A stretch of 64,000 bases of DNA, from contig CM041465.1 in assembly GCA_023213395.1 (NCBI GenBank), forward strand, positions 200,701,741 through 200,765,740, written 5' to 3'. This document shows positions 1 to 13,246 of this stretch, piece by piece (positions within the stretch are counted from its first letter, which is position 1; every line of letters starts with the position of its first letter). The translations under genes were made by a program, and so were the position numbers. Below the pieces are notes generated by a model. That model was not told where the DNA came from. It was given only the letters and a program-made list of their open reading frames with translations, and searched no databases. Source of the stretch: Cycas panzhihuaensis. Lineage: Eukaryota; Plantae; Cycadophyta.

Positions 1-3000
1 ATGACCTCACCTTGTCACTAGCATGAGGACGATACTGCTATTTAATAAGTTATTGTGCAATGTCCCCATACCATTCATTGCTAGTTATTGGATAGGGCAA
101 CGAGTCTTGAATGGAAAATATAGGCTCATCAGGCAAGAAGTTGTCAATGGGAATGTTAGAAGAGTTAGGAATAGGAGTATTAGCTAGTCGTTAAATGACT
201 ACCATTCCCTTCTTCAATTTCCTATTAACAATTTGAAGGTCATACTCTTGAAGGAGGATGGCCCATTTACTAGTCCTTCTAATCAAGTCATATAAAGTTA
301 AGAGGTACTTTAAGGGATTAAATTAAACAATCACTTGAGTGTTATTACCAAGAAAGTAGTGCTTAAATTTTTTAGTTGCATGGACTAAGGTGAGGCACTC
401 CTTTTCGACAGGAGAGTAGTTAAGCTCAACAGTGACTACTATGTAATTGATGAAGTAAATGGCTCACTCAGTCACTAAATTATCTTCTTGGATGAGCATA
501 GCCCCCAATGATTCATTGATGGCTGAGGTATAAAGGATGAAGGGATGGTCAAAGAGAGGTGGTGCCAAGATTGGAGTGGAAGCCAAGGCTTTCTTAAGTT
601 CTTGGAAAGCTTCCTGAGCCTTAGGAGACCAAATGAATAGGGCTCCCTTCTTTAATAAGTTAGTAAGGGGTTTAGCATTTATGGTGAAGTTTTCTAGGAA
701 ACATGTAAGGAAACCTAACCGACCAAAAAATGACTTGATTTATCTTGTATTTTGGGTAGAGGTATATTAAGGATGGATTTGACATTATTGGGGTCAATCT
801 GGATTCCTTATTTAGAAACAAGGAATCCTAAAAGTTTGTTGGTGGTTACAATAAACATATATTTGAGTAAGTTTAAGCTGACATGATATTTGTGACACCA
901 TGTGAAGATGGCATGTAAATCATCAGGGTGATAGGCCCTCTTACAAGAGAGATCCATCATGTCATCCATGAAGTCCTCAAGGGTTTTATTTATGAGGTCA
1001 TGGAAAATAAATTGCATCACCCTTTCGTAAGTGGCACTTACATTTTTAAGTCCAAAGGGCATCACTTTGTAAGCAAAGGTACCCCAAGGAGTAGTGAAGG
1101 CCATTTTTAGAAGGTCTTTAAGGGATATCTAGATCTAGTTATAACTAGAGAATCCATCCACTAAGGACATAGCTTCAAATCTAGCAGTATGATCGATGAT
1201 CTGATCAATCAAAGATAAAGGAAAATTATCTTTGGGGTTGATATATCAGAAGTCAACACATATTTGAATTGTTCTGTTCTTTTTAGTGATAGGAACAATG
1301 TTGGAGACCTATTTGGGGTAGTCAATAGAAGTAATTAATCCCGTGTTTAAGAGTTTTCTGACTTCCATCTTAATAGCAGCATATAGCTTAGGATGAAGGG
1401 GGCACTACTTTTGTTGCATGGGATGAGCACCTGAGATGGTTGTAAGATTGTGGGTGACAATAGAGGGGTTTATTCCCTTCATGTTAGTGTAATCCCATGT
1501 AAAAACATCATAGAAATCCTAAAAAAGAAGAGTGTATTCCTATATCTCTTCAAGCTTCACTTCTACCTTTATGACCTTGCCAGGGGCGAGGATGATGTCC
1601 TTAGTTACCCCCATGTACATGGTATTCCCTTCTTCAAAATGGAGGGGGACTTGGTCAACAGGAGGGCATAAAGGATAACTAGGTTGGTTTGGGTCAGTTA
1701 GGGGTGACCCAAGAGTTAAGACCTTTTGGTAACCAAGCTTATGATGACCAGGAGGGAGATTAAGTGTGGAGCCTACTAAGTGCTCTAGCAATGGCTCATC
1801 ATTCTTGAAGCGATCTACACTATGGATAGTTTTGCTTACAGAAGATGAGGAAGGATAAGTATGGGGAATAGTGGGTCCATAATGATTAACCCACCACTTA
1901 ACATAATCAGGAGACTCTTTGAAAGAGTTAGAAAGAATCTTCTTATGGCATAAAACAAGAGGCTTCCTACCCTCACTGTTTAAGGAAAATGATGAGGTGG
2001 ACGATGAAGTAATATAGGAGGTCACATAAGAGGTGGGGATGACCATGCGTGACTCGAAAAGAGAACTGGGCTCCTTAATAGAAGGGGTTCCAAGTTGGGA
2101 TCCAGGTTGGAACAAGCACTCTTGACAGGCATTTAGGAGGGATATAGGATGAGGGAGGTCCTCATCCTTACTGTCAAACTCATTATCACTCAAAATAGGG
2201 AGGTACCCATAACTCCCTACACTAATAGGAGAAAAATAAATAAGGTTAGAAGACGAAGAGGAAGGTCCTTCCTTTGAGCAGGAAGTGCTAGTGATATCAA
2301 TCATGCAAGTTAAGGTGTGAGTGGATGGGTTCTTATTGCCCTTCACTAGGTCATGGGCCACCTAACAAGACTGGTGCAATTATTTAATGGAAGGACACTC
2401 ATAGGAAACAACTTTCATCCATCCTTCATGGATGAATTTGTGTTGCCCCCAACAATAGGTTGTAGTCCATGTCCACGTTGAGGACTACTATATCAGTGAG
2501 GATGGTTTTGTCTTCAAGAGTAAGGGGGATATAGATAGAACCTAAGGGTATCTTCTAGCTACCATCATAGCCTTAGCAATGCCACAGAACTAGCTCAAGA
2601 TCTACTATATGTAACTCCTCCATAATGCATAGTGGCATAGCATTGATAGAATAATTATTATCTACAACAATCCTTTTGAGGATACACTCAAGAGTGTTAA
2701 TGGATATGGTGAAAGGGTAATGCCATTGGCATTCCCTTTCACCGTTTGGAGGGAGGTCTTTAAGTTCAAAAGTGATGATGGGCTCCTAACTTGGGGAAGT
2801 ACTCAAAGTATGGATGGGTGTATCTACTAACCCTAAAGCCTCCAAAAGGAGAACATGTTACTCTAGGAAACTCCTCAAGACATCCATCATAGACATCCTG
2901 ACAGCCATAGTGTGAAGCTCATCTTTGATTAAGAAGGGATTCTCTTTCCTGATTGGTTGGGGAAGCACCCTTTAGAAATCATAGCAACTTAAGTAGATAG

Positions 3001-5193
3001 GAATGATCTTGAGGAGTGGAGGAATCTCAGAAGGAGGGTTGTCCATAGGAGGATGTAGCTGAGAAGAGGAAGATGCTAATATGGCCTCCTTAGCTTCTTG
3101 AGACCTAGTTAAATCATACAGAGGGGTTGTCTCAACCATTTGAATGACCCTCTTTCCCTTGTTTCAAGATTGAGAAGGCGAAGGGTTCAATGGCGAGAAC
3201 TGGAAGAAGAGGATGAACTTCTTGTCCATTTCCTTTTTCTTACATGGGAGAGGGATTAGGAGATCTCCCTCTATTCTGGTTCCGCTTATACTGGGTATGT
3301 TGATCTTATCCCCCATGTTTAGAGAGGGTATCTCTATGGAAGGCTGGTCTAGATTGGGCTTGGACACCCGTCTAGGGGAGGAATCATGAGGTGTAAAAGA
3401 TTTATGATGTTATACCCTACATTACAAATCCTCATGGAAATGATTCTCATGGATGGAGCACCACTTCTTCTCCAAGGAAGGTTTGGTCTTCCTTGTTTGA
3501 GAGGAGTGGGTGTTTCTAACCTTAGAAAGTGCTACTTAGGAGGCATGGTGGATAGGTCTATAGGAGTTTAGTGGTGAAGGAGGAGCTTGGAGCTTAAGCT
3601 CCTTCATCGTACATTCAAAAGAATGTATGGCAAAAGTTAAGGGGTCTAAATTCTTCTCTATTGAGTGGGTGGAAGACTTTTGAGGTTGTTGGAAAACTTT
3701 TGAGGGGGTGCCTCTTGTCGTTATGATAATTTAAGAGGTTTCTTAAGACTTGCTTAGATCTTAATAGCCTCAAGGGCTAAGCATTTAGCTATGGTGGAAT
3801 CACATGTTGTTACCCCTATTTTGAGGACCTCAACATATACCTCAGGATAGATGGCATTCATGAAGATGTCCCTCTTTAACTCTTCAGGCAAGGTGGCCTT
3901 CGTAGAGTGGAGAAGGTCGTGAAAGTGCCTAACAAAGTCATGGTTCATTTCGTTATGACATTGTTTAAGAGAAAGCAAAGCCTTCATTCTACTCTCGAAA
4001 GGATGAGCAACGTTAAAATAATTGACAAACTCATCCACAAGTTGCTAAAATAAATTAATGGAGTGGGCAAGGAGGTAGTAAAACCACTTAAGGGCATCTC
4101 CCTATAAGGAACATAGAAAAAGTTTCATTAAGATATGGTCATAATCCCAATAATCGATACATGCCATAAAGAAACTCCTAACATATTTGATTAGGTCTTA
4201 TGGTGAGGTCCCATCAAACTTGGCCACCTTAGGGGGATGAAGTGGTAAGTTGGTCCTTAATGCCTCGATGGATAAAGGAGTTGACCTATAGTCAACAAAG
4301 GGATAGACCCTTAGTTGAATCGATGGGTCAACAAGAGAAGAAGGATGAGGTAGGCATGGATACCTAAATCCTCCTTGAAAAGTTTAGTTAAAAGAGGGAT
4401 ATGAATTACCTCTCGATTGATGGGAAGGGACCAATCTCAAATGAGAAGGAGCTAGAAGAGAGGTGAATGGGTAAGAGGGACCCATTCCCTCTTAAGGATA
4501 TGCCCCTTATTGAAAGGGGACTTAGGGAAAGGAGCCTTGGGGAGGAGTCAATCCTCCTTGCAAAGGCACTACATGTGAGGTGATGCATGAAGATGAAATA
4601 GATGGGTGTGGAATAGGGTTTTACCCATATGGATCACCTATAGAAGGTGTGACACCATATGGGTGGAGGGAGTCCACCCAATAAATGGGAAGGGAATTTC
4701 CCTTTTCATGCCCCTATGGTTGGGAAGTATATCCCAAGGGTAGGTAAAGAGAAGGATCCCTAGATTGAGGCTGAGAACACATGGTGATATACCCCACATG
4801 GCTAGAAAGAGGGGGGCATGAAGGTCCCCTAGGTCAGGTAAGGGAAGGATGAACCATAGTCAGTTGAGGCATGGTCACTAAATTGGGAGGAGGTATACTC
4901 AACCCAATCTAAGAGGTGAGCATACATTGGGAGGTCCTTAAGGTGTGAAGGATACATGAGAAATAAGAGACAATAGGGGATGGCCCTATTACGGGTATCA
5001 GAGTGGAGCGAGAAGAATAAGGAGGTGTGGATGAGGAAGAAAAAGGTGCTACACTATGTAAGATGCTTTCCAATCACGTTGGGAGTGGCTAGGGGCTTGC
5101 GACTTGGAAGCATTGGTGTAATGCTTCAACCACATCCAGGGGAGGGGTTCCTACTTATTTGTATGAGGTAGAGGGTTCCTCACATGAAGTAGA
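1..5193 (-). pseudogene. Gypsy A gag-pol pseudogene (gag, PR, RT, RNase H, start of INT); its N-terminal part continues at ~9267-9550
   Basis: ORF fragments 808-1104, 1540-2361, 3164-3367, 3754-4038, with many in-frame stops. Confidence 0.9.
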
Positions 5194-5447
5194 TGTTATA
5201 GATCTTTTCTGTAACTAGAGCTCATTTTCCAGATTCCAAAGAGCACACATGAGCATAAGAGTAATTAAATAGATAAATAGTTAAAAAACATATATTTTAT
5301 TGATAAAAGATGAATGATGATGTATAATACATTGGAGGCCTCATTCATAGGTGCATAATAGGCCTATTGAATTAAAGGTCGCAACTCTTCAAAAGATGTC
5401 TTTTCATTTAATAAACTATTAATTAACCTTTAAGAAGGTTTATAACA
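5194..5447 (-). repeat. 3' LTR of the BRCT-carrying element
   Basis: TG...CA termini, adjacent PPT, roughly 80-85% identical by eye to 9008-9261. Confidence 0.92.
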
Positions 5448-6679
5448 ATTCCTCCCCCTTAAAGATGTTTTACCCATAAAACAAATTTGAATGATTAGTT
5501 GATCACTTCATTCAAGATGGTTCATAACAAAAGCTTCTTCTTAAAATGTTTTGTCTTTGAAACCTAATAATGATTAGCTTGAGGTCTTCTCTTACTGATA
5601 AAAGAATATCATAATTATCTGACATATGTCATCGAGTCATATTTGCTAGAACTTTAAATAATAATGAATACACATATAATAGTAAGCTTGATTAAGTTGA
5701 TGGGTTTGTGGGACAATTAGAATTCTTTGGTAGATGTTGATTACAAAATATTGAATTCTTGTATGCTTTTTCCTACGAGACAAAGATGGTTGCCATGGTA
5801 TCTTCCATTTGATTTTGACTTTAAGTTGTTGACATATGCAGTATTGTTTTGGAATGTATGATTTAATATTAATGCTTGAAAACTTCTTAAATTTATTAGG
5901 AAACAAAATGGTTTTTACTAACATTGGGAAATCCTTGGATACATATGATATAATTATTTGATTCATATTATTCGGTCAATTAAGAAGTGAGCTTGATATT
6001 GTCAGTATTAGAAATTTTTGTTTAGATTGATCAAGAAATATTATTAGTACTGGTTGATCCCTCTTCAACTGATTAAGAAATGTAGATGTCACTACTGACA
6101 TTAGCGACCATTTTGGTATATACTTTATATTTTTATAGATTGTTATATTTTCTTTTGGGAACAACACTAACATTTTATTTTTGTTAGTTACCAATGAGTT
6201 GTCTTTATTTTCTTGTTGTATATTATTTTCTTCTTCTTGCATACCCAAATCATATGTTGGGATTATGATTTGATTTATAGGCTCTTTTTCTTTCTATATT
6301 GTGTGATCTTGTATCCTAATATCTTTTAATATAGATGTGTCAACCTCATATGCATTGTTAACAAATTTATCCATAGGTCTTTTACGATTAAATGAATTCT
6401 CTTGATGCAACTTCTGTAATTTTTTTTACTTATTCTTTTAATTTCTTATCTATCGCCAATAAGTAATCATTATTGAGGTTTACTAATATTGGAGAAAATT
6501 ATTTATGTTTATCTCCACTTTTTAAATATGAAATCTTTTTATTTCTTCCCAATTTTCCATAAGTCCTTACTTCTGCTTGAAGAGGTTCATATAAACTAGT
6601 CGAATAGTTGTATGAGTTTTGATTGTATGTTGTTAATAGAGGTGGATAATCCTTTACTTCAAAATGTTCCACTTCTCAT

Positions 6680-7250
6680 CTACTTTTCAAGTAATTTTCT
6701 TTGGGAAGTATAGTCTTTAAGCCAATGATGATTTACTAACTTTATTCCTATTTTTTTAGCAGCCCTATACTTGTCGCCTTCATGCTTATAACAAATGAGG
6801 TGTGTTACTTCACTCGCAATCAACAACTTAATAAATCCTGCTCCTATTATTTCAATCATTCTCATAATGTCATAACGATCTTGCCCTTGATACCTAGTTA
6901 AGGAAATGCATAAAGATGCATTACTTAGAATACCCATCATATTTCTTACAAGTTTGTATAATATCTTATCAGTAGCCACAAGTATTCCATTAGCTAAACT
7001 ATCTTCAATCTATAAGTGTGTAACCAACACCTTCTCATCCTTCCTAGCCATAGCACAAATAGGATTATAATATGATAACTGGTAAACAATGACATGAGTA
7101 CAACTTGCATTATATCATCCTATGTTGAGAGCTCTATTGCACTCAAGTTCTATTTCATATTCATTACATGTTATAAGATCAAATCCTACTAGCAAAAATT
7201 AGGAGATGCTAGATTATATTATGTAGTATACCTTCAAATAATGGAGTGGT
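6680..7250 (-). pseudogene. Captured intronless fragment of a plant BRCT-domain protein (two N-terminal BRCT repeats; At4g02110-like)
   Basis: Translation LFEGI..FLLVGFD...SCTHVIV...YYNPICAMARKDEKVLVTHL*IEDSLANGILVATDKILYKLVRNMMGI...CISLTRYQGQDRYDIMRMIEIIGAGFIKLLIASEVTHLICYKHEGDKYRAAKKIGIKLVNHHWLKD resembles, from recall, the N-terminus of Arabidopsis At4g02110. It has stops and a small insertion near 7200-7226. Confidence 0.85.
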
Positions 7251-8154
7251 ACTCTTTGTAATGTTGTAACACCTTTGTATGATGTCGATGGCTAGTAAGT
7301 ATGTACCCTGAGAAGAATGTAGTGTTTTTAGTAGCATATGCCACAAGATTAATATAAGCAATGATAGTAGTGGAAAGTTTGAGGCACACTACTATGTAGT
7401 CATTCACTTGTGGTATCTGACAATTATTGTGGTATCTCGTGATTATGATGTATGATGTATGGTGTTTTAATGATCTTTTAGAGTAAATAAAGATTATTAT
7501 TATTCCTCTATTGTATGTATATAAAATATTTGATTTATTTAAGCAATAAATTGACAATCATAATTTGTTCAATCTTCATAAGATTATATAAGAGTGTTTA
7601 TAAATATATTTGTAATGTGACAAAATGGTTAGTAGCACCTCTATGTCATATTAATATATCCATGATAGAATAAATATATTTTATTTGGCATTGATTGTGA
7701 TATTATACTTTATGGAAAATGAATATTCAAGGTGACTCACTTTAAGGGTGACGTGAGTGATTTAGTGATGAATTCATGGATAGTATGTGGCAGTTGAAGT
7801 GACCTACAATAATACAGGCACAACTTGATGAGGGCAAACAAAATGGTAGTCTCCTTCAAATTGTTTCTGCTATGAATAATATAGTAATTAAGTAACAATA
7901 ACGTGACACACCCTCTGTGTCTACATCTGAGCTTATATGTATTGAGGTAGGCAATGAGGATATCTTTCTAATGTTGGTTGGCAAGTATGTACATGTTTTT
8001 GAAAACCCCAAATAATGATGTGTGTCTTCTTGTTGAACATGGAAATGTATATATTTTGAAGAATACAGGTTAGTTACGATTTCACAGCTTGTGAATATGC
8101 TGATTTATTTATCTAAATATACCACCATCTACCGATTTCTCTTACTAGAATATG

Positions 8155-8311
8155 AAGATTATAGAGTGTATATTTCAACCAAACTTGTTGATACATAAGA
8201 GTAGTGTGTGTGGATTTCAACCAAACACCAACAAAGATTATAGAGTGTGGATTTCAACCATACATGTCAATACAAAAGAGAAGGATGTGTGGATTTTGAC
8301 CAAACACCACC
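8155..8311 (+). repeat. Two ~79-bp tandem units, each a dimer of a GTGTGGATTTCAACCAAAC core
   Basis: Core at ~8166, 8208, 8245, 8287; AAGATTATAGAGTGT at 8155 and 8234. Confidence 0.75.
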
Positions 8312-9007
8312 AAGCGTTATAATCGCTTGATCTTTGGAAGTATATTAACGTTGATTTGACACAAGACAAGCATAGTTCATAAATATATAGTATAGATGGG
8401 TGATGTAGTATATGTGATACAGTTATGCTACCTGCATTCCTCATCAAAATCACACGAACACCATAGACATATGCTAGATCTCTTTTGAGTTAATGGGTAT
8501 GGTAGGCAATGATCTCTCAACATGTTATTAGCTAATCGATTGTGGAGATGATTTACTTATTGATAGTATATATTTGGTTGCTATTTATTATTTGTTTGAC
8601 TATGAAAGTGATGCTAAAGTTATGTGTTCATCAGAGCTTTCTATAGAGATTTTGGTGCATATTTACATCTGTAGGTGGTATGATATGATGAGGAGTTTCT
8701 ATATGAAAATAATGGTAGATTATGGCATATTAATCCCTATTGCAGATGTGATGAAACAATGTTGCATTAGCAAAATGTTCAAGTTTAGTAGCAACTAAAC
8801 ATCAATGCAACACTTATTTAGTAAGTATACATTAGATAAATAGGCCAACAAATGTATTTATTGAGAGATCTCCTTAGTTTACCTTTGATGTAAGTAGGAT
8901 TCAATAAGCACAAATGACAATAATGTTTTATTTTAATTATCAAAGAATAGACACTAATATTATATCCACTTCTTTTGAATGTGCCAAGATATTAGTCTCA
9001 TACCACT

Positions 9008-9261
9008 TGTTATAGACCTTTTCCATAACTAGAGCCTATTTGCCAGATTCCAGAGAGAACACTTAAGCACAAGAGTAATTGAATAGACAAATAGTCAAAA
9101 AACATATATTTGATTGATAAAAGATGAATGATAATGTACAATATATTGGAGGCCTTATTTATAGGTGCATAATAGGCCCCTTCAATAAAAGGTCATAACT
9201 CTTCAAAAGACACCTTTTAATTTAATAAACAATTAATTAAACTTTAAGAAGGTTTATAATA
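9008..9261 (-). repeat. 5' LTR of the BRCT-carrying element
   Basis: Adjacent to the PBS and followed by TSD GTAGA. Confidence 0.92.
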
Positions 9262-9731
9262 GTAGACTCCATGAGTCAATCTTCATGGGGATTCTCATCA
9301 AGATGGTGATATTCCATAGAAGATGATGCCCCCATGTCATACGTGGGGAGATGATAGAGACTCGGGTTCTCCTCATCACCTAAATAAAAGATAGGGTCAT
9401 CACCCTCTTGGGCAAGACCCTAGAGGAAGTTAAAGATTGTTGTTGGGCTTTAAAAATATAGGCGTGATAGGCCCATTCCGAAGAGAATCCTTCCATAGCC
9501 AATTTAGAATTGGATAAAGGAAGGGGAGAATAAGGGGGTTCTTCCAAAGGAGGGGGGAGACCTCACAGATGATGAGAGAATCATCGCATTCAAGTTCCTC
9601 CTAAAACTTTGGAATGGAGAAAGACAAGTGGAGTAAAGATGTTGGGGTTGCCCAATGAATCAAGGAAGAGATTCCAAAAGACAAAGGCAATACTAACACA
9701 AAGGAAATTGAAATGGTTCCTTTACTGGTAG

Positions 9732-9750
9732 GTCCCTAGTATGGTCGTTA
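9732..9750 (-). promoter_or_regulatory. Decayed primer-binding site of Gypsy A (tRNA-Arg type, as in Tat/Ogre)
   Basis: rc TAACGACCATACTAGGGAC resembles TGGCGACC...TGGGGAC; the same motif occurs at 20811 and 49729. Confidence 0.7.
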
Positions 9751-9751
9751 G

Positions 9752-12700
9752 TGGAAGCACACCTCTGGGGGGTCACTAAGTACAAGCATATTTAAGCTGA
9801 CACTACCACTATCCTAAGGGTTTAAAATCTTCAAAGGTAGGGGATAGGTCACACACAAAGGGCATCCATGCATTAGAACGTAGGTTCAGAGACTCGCAAA
9901 TAGTGCCTAAGACTTTCCCTCTTGACAGGCACTTTCTCAGGTTTGATTTAGGCAAGGGCATCCTCAGTTTATCGAGTAGCTGAAGGAAGGACTCTCCTAT
10001 CCTAATGCTAGAAGGAAGGAGAGAAAGCATCAAGGTCCTCTTCTAGGGAAGAGGGGAAGGAGAATAGGTAGGTCCTAATAGGATAGGAACCTATAGAATA
10101 AGTGAGAGAAAGGTGCGAAGGGGATTTAGTATGCGGAAACCAAATCCAAGAAACAAGATCAGTGGTGCCTTTTACTAAAGATCATCTAAAGGGGATGCCT
10201 CTAGGTTTTATACTAAAAAAGGCAAGTTGATTGACTATATTAAGGGTTTTAGGTAGTGTTTTAGTCTTGTTTAAGGAGTAAGATAGTGTGGAAATGTAAG
10301 ATATCAGTGTCAAAAGATGTAGCCCAAAAGAACACACTCTCTCTGTCTTTTCCTATCCTCTCTCTCTTTTCCTTTTGTCAATGAAAGATCAGGTTGAAGG
10401 AAGACGGTGTGAAAGGGAGAGAAAGCATATGAAAGACCTATGCAACCTTTCCTAGTGATGCATGGAAGAAGGATAATTATCAAAACCAAATTTCATTTCC
10501 CTAATCCTACCCTCATACCCATGCATGTGAATAGAATGCAATGGGAAGATGTAACAAGGAAAAGAAAAACATTTCTATGGGTTGATTACTTTTTCTCCTT
10601 TTAAGGGGAGGAATGAGAAGTGTACTTGTTCACACTACCCTTTCAATACTCATGCAAATGAGAAGAAAAGGCAAGGTCTATGCATGCTAATATGGAGTGG
10701 AAGTGCAAATGTAAATGCTCCTTTTTATTTATTTTTTATGAATGCAAGCACACAAGCAAATGATTGCAAGCTATATAGAAACGTGACTAAGTTCCTCTTA
10801 GGAAGAAAAGGGGGGAGGAGTAAGGAAGAAGGGAGAGGAAAAGGATTGGAAAGGGTGCACTAGGAAATGAGCTAGTCAATGGAGTGCCTTTCTTTTCCTT
10901 CTTCATCTTCCTTTCACTCATCACCTTACGCTACAAGTCACAGTTGGCATTGTGGATCAAATCGTAGGTGGGGCTTCCTTACCTTCCTTGGAGTGTATTG
11001 TGAAAGAGTAAAGAACTTGAAGGAAATTTTTAAAGAAAATAAATGGAAATGAAGCCAATGTACCTTCTAATTCACAACATGATCTTACTTGCTTAAGATG
11101 GGTGGAGCTTCTGTGTGAGTAAACCCTTTCAATAACAAGCAAAAGTGTGCATGTGCATGTATATATAGATGTGTATGTATATGCTTGCTAAAATAAAGTT
11201 CAAACTTGCTTAATATTTTGGATGAAGGAAATAATATGTGTTACAACTTTCCTTATATGCCAAAATGTTTCCAAGAACTTCTAAGGGAAACAAAGGGGGG
11301 TTTGAAGGTAAGGGAAATAAGAGAGCCTAAGAATGGCAAGATCCCTCAACTAGGCTACCTCCTATGTGCTCAGGTACTCCAAGAATAAGTTGAGAGAGGA
11401 TTCAAAGCTCCAAGCAAAAAAAAAATAAAGACAACTTATAGAAAGTACAAGAAGTTACAAAAAGCTATAAAAAGCATAAATGTTACAAAAGTTATAGTGC
11501 TGTAAGTTGTGTAAAATATGTAAGAAAAAGTGTAGATCCCATAAAAGACAAAGCATATGAGGAAATTTTCTACCAACTAGTATGTAGGAAGGTTGATTGC
11601 AAGTGTTGCAAAGGCTACAAATGCTACAATCAATACAGGCCCTCACCTAAGGGGTCTCTTGGTGTGTAGGATGGATACAGAGTAGGAAACTAAGAGAGGT
11701 AGGGGCTGCCCTAGAGGATATGGTTGTAGGAGTCAAAACTCTAGCCATGAACTCCTCTTCTCCCTCCTAAAAGAGTCCCATAATCCACCTAGATATACCA
11801 AACATTTTCTACCAAATAGTATGTAGTAAGGTTGATTGCAAGCGTTGCAAGAGCTACAAATGCTACAATCAATATAGGCCCTCACCCAAGGGGTTTCTTG
11901 GTGTGTAGGATGGATACAGAGTAGGAAACTAAGAGAGGTAGGGGGCTACCTTAGAGGATATGGCTATAGGAGTCAAAACTCTAGCCATTAACTCCTCTTC
12001 TCCCTCTCAAGAGAGTCCCATAATCCACCTAGCTATACCAAAAGAATGCCCAAGGGATGTGGAGGTGTAAACAAGGGAGTAAGGAAGGGTTTGTCTTCTC
12101 TTGGACACCGAAAAGAGATGAAACATATACCAAATTTTCAAAAAATAGAGATATTGAACAAGACACACTTACTAAGGAAAGGAACAATAGGAAATAAACC
12201 TATTTATAGCCATAGAACTAAAGTAAAATGGATGTTACCTCATATACAAATGAAAAGGGATAAGAATCTTACTTACTAAATGAAGAAGCGCTCCTTTTGG
12301 AGGCTAGAAGGAGACTCAGAACCTTGAAAATCTTGTTGTTGCTTATGGAGTGAGCACCATAGAGGGAGATCTATTGGAGGGGGCCTAGTTTAGGCCTACG
12401 TTTTATAGTTTTGCCCTTATAGAAGAAGAGAATAGAAGGAAAGATTAGAAGTACAAGTAGGAGGCATTTTTTTTCTTTCATATAATAGCTAAGAGAGGTA
12501 AAATGAACTCAAATTTGGATTTTTATGTCCAAATTAGGGTTCTCGAGTGATTAGGATTCACTTTGGGTGGGAAACAATGGTTTGACATGTGTTAATTTCA
12601 CAATAAATATGAAAATGGTTGTTGCTAGGTCGCAGAAGCTAATAGACAGACGCCAAGTGGAAAACGTTGTGGTACCACAAAGTTTAGTGTGGTACCATGA

Positions 12701-13246
12701 ATATTGTCACGGTGTGAACAAAATATAAAGAAAAATAAAAAGAAGGCTTAGGGGACCCCTAAAAGAAGGGTCCTAAGGTACAAAAGAGAGATATTCTAGA
12801 CTGGTAAGGCCTTTAGAGGACCTCTAGGTAGTGGTGGGGCCTCCCAAATATGTAAAAGGGTGCATAAGAGGCCCCAACAAAGGGGTGTAAGGTGCATACA
12901 AAGGAGATCATGCCAAAATGATGTGTTAAGAATCACATACAAGGATAATAATGAGTAAAAGATGGGCTATAAGGGCCCAAGAGTACTAAGGAGGTGTCAT
13001 GAGGGGTTGCGTGGTGCCATGGGACCATGGTCCTGAGTCATCATAGACTAGATCATAGTCACAGGCATAAAATGGGTAGGCAAACTAGGCATCTCAACCA
13101 TGTATGCAATAGTATCATACAAAATGCAATCATTAAGCATCTCATCACATCTTGGAGTAAATGAGGAGTAAGAGTAGAGATGTATACCTATGCCTACCTA
13201 CGAGGTGCTATCCATATCCATTCTTAGTAGTTGGGAAATAACAACA
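9752..13246 (-). repeat. 5' LTR of Gypsy A (~3.5 kb)
   Basis: Lies between the PBS and the point where the host integrase resumes; both termini resemble the termini of the Gypsy B LTR. The partner LTR is outside the window. Confidence 0.75.
11565..12043 (+). repeat. Tandem duplication of a ~239-bp unit inside the Gypsy A LTR
   Basis: ATTTTCTACCAA..TAGTATGTAG... starts at 11565 and 11804; both units end CCACCTAG.TATACCAAA; >90% identical by eye. Confidence 0.92.

Larger units (their letters stand above)
5194..9261 (-). mobile_element. Non-autonomous LTR retroelement (4068 bp, 254-bp LTRs, no recognisable gag/pol) carrying a host BRCT gene fragment
   Basis: Direct repeats 5194-5447 and 9008-9261 (TGTTATAG...TATAACA/TATAATA). 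Perfect 5-bp TSD GTAGA (5189-5193, 9262-9266). Decayed Met PBS (rc TGGTATGAGAC) at ~8995-9005. PPT (rc AAGGGGGAGG) at 5451-5460. Confidence 0.92.
1..13246 (-). mobile_element. Gypsy A: degenerate Tat/Ogre-like Ty3/Gypsy LTR retrotransposon, 3' part outside the window, inserted into the integrase of Gypsy B
   Basis: Minus-strand gag (FVNYFNVAHPF, 3754-4038), protease (~2400-2800), RT (AFTTPWGTFAYKVMPFGLKN, 808-1104) and RNase H (~240-600). Decayed PBS at 9732-9750. The LTR end ...TTGGGAAATAACAACA (13246) is homologous to the Gypsy B LTR end at 52152, and the integrase of a different copy resumes at 13247. Confidence 0.9.

Noticed and set aside
8155-8311. CRISPR-like repeat-spacer array
   Set aside because: Only four degenerate cores, alternating spacers are copies of each other, there are no cas genes, and the context is a plant TE.
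10300-10325. Alternative LTR start for Gypsy A at 10318
   Set aside because: A better PBS, shared with B and C, lies at 9732-9750.
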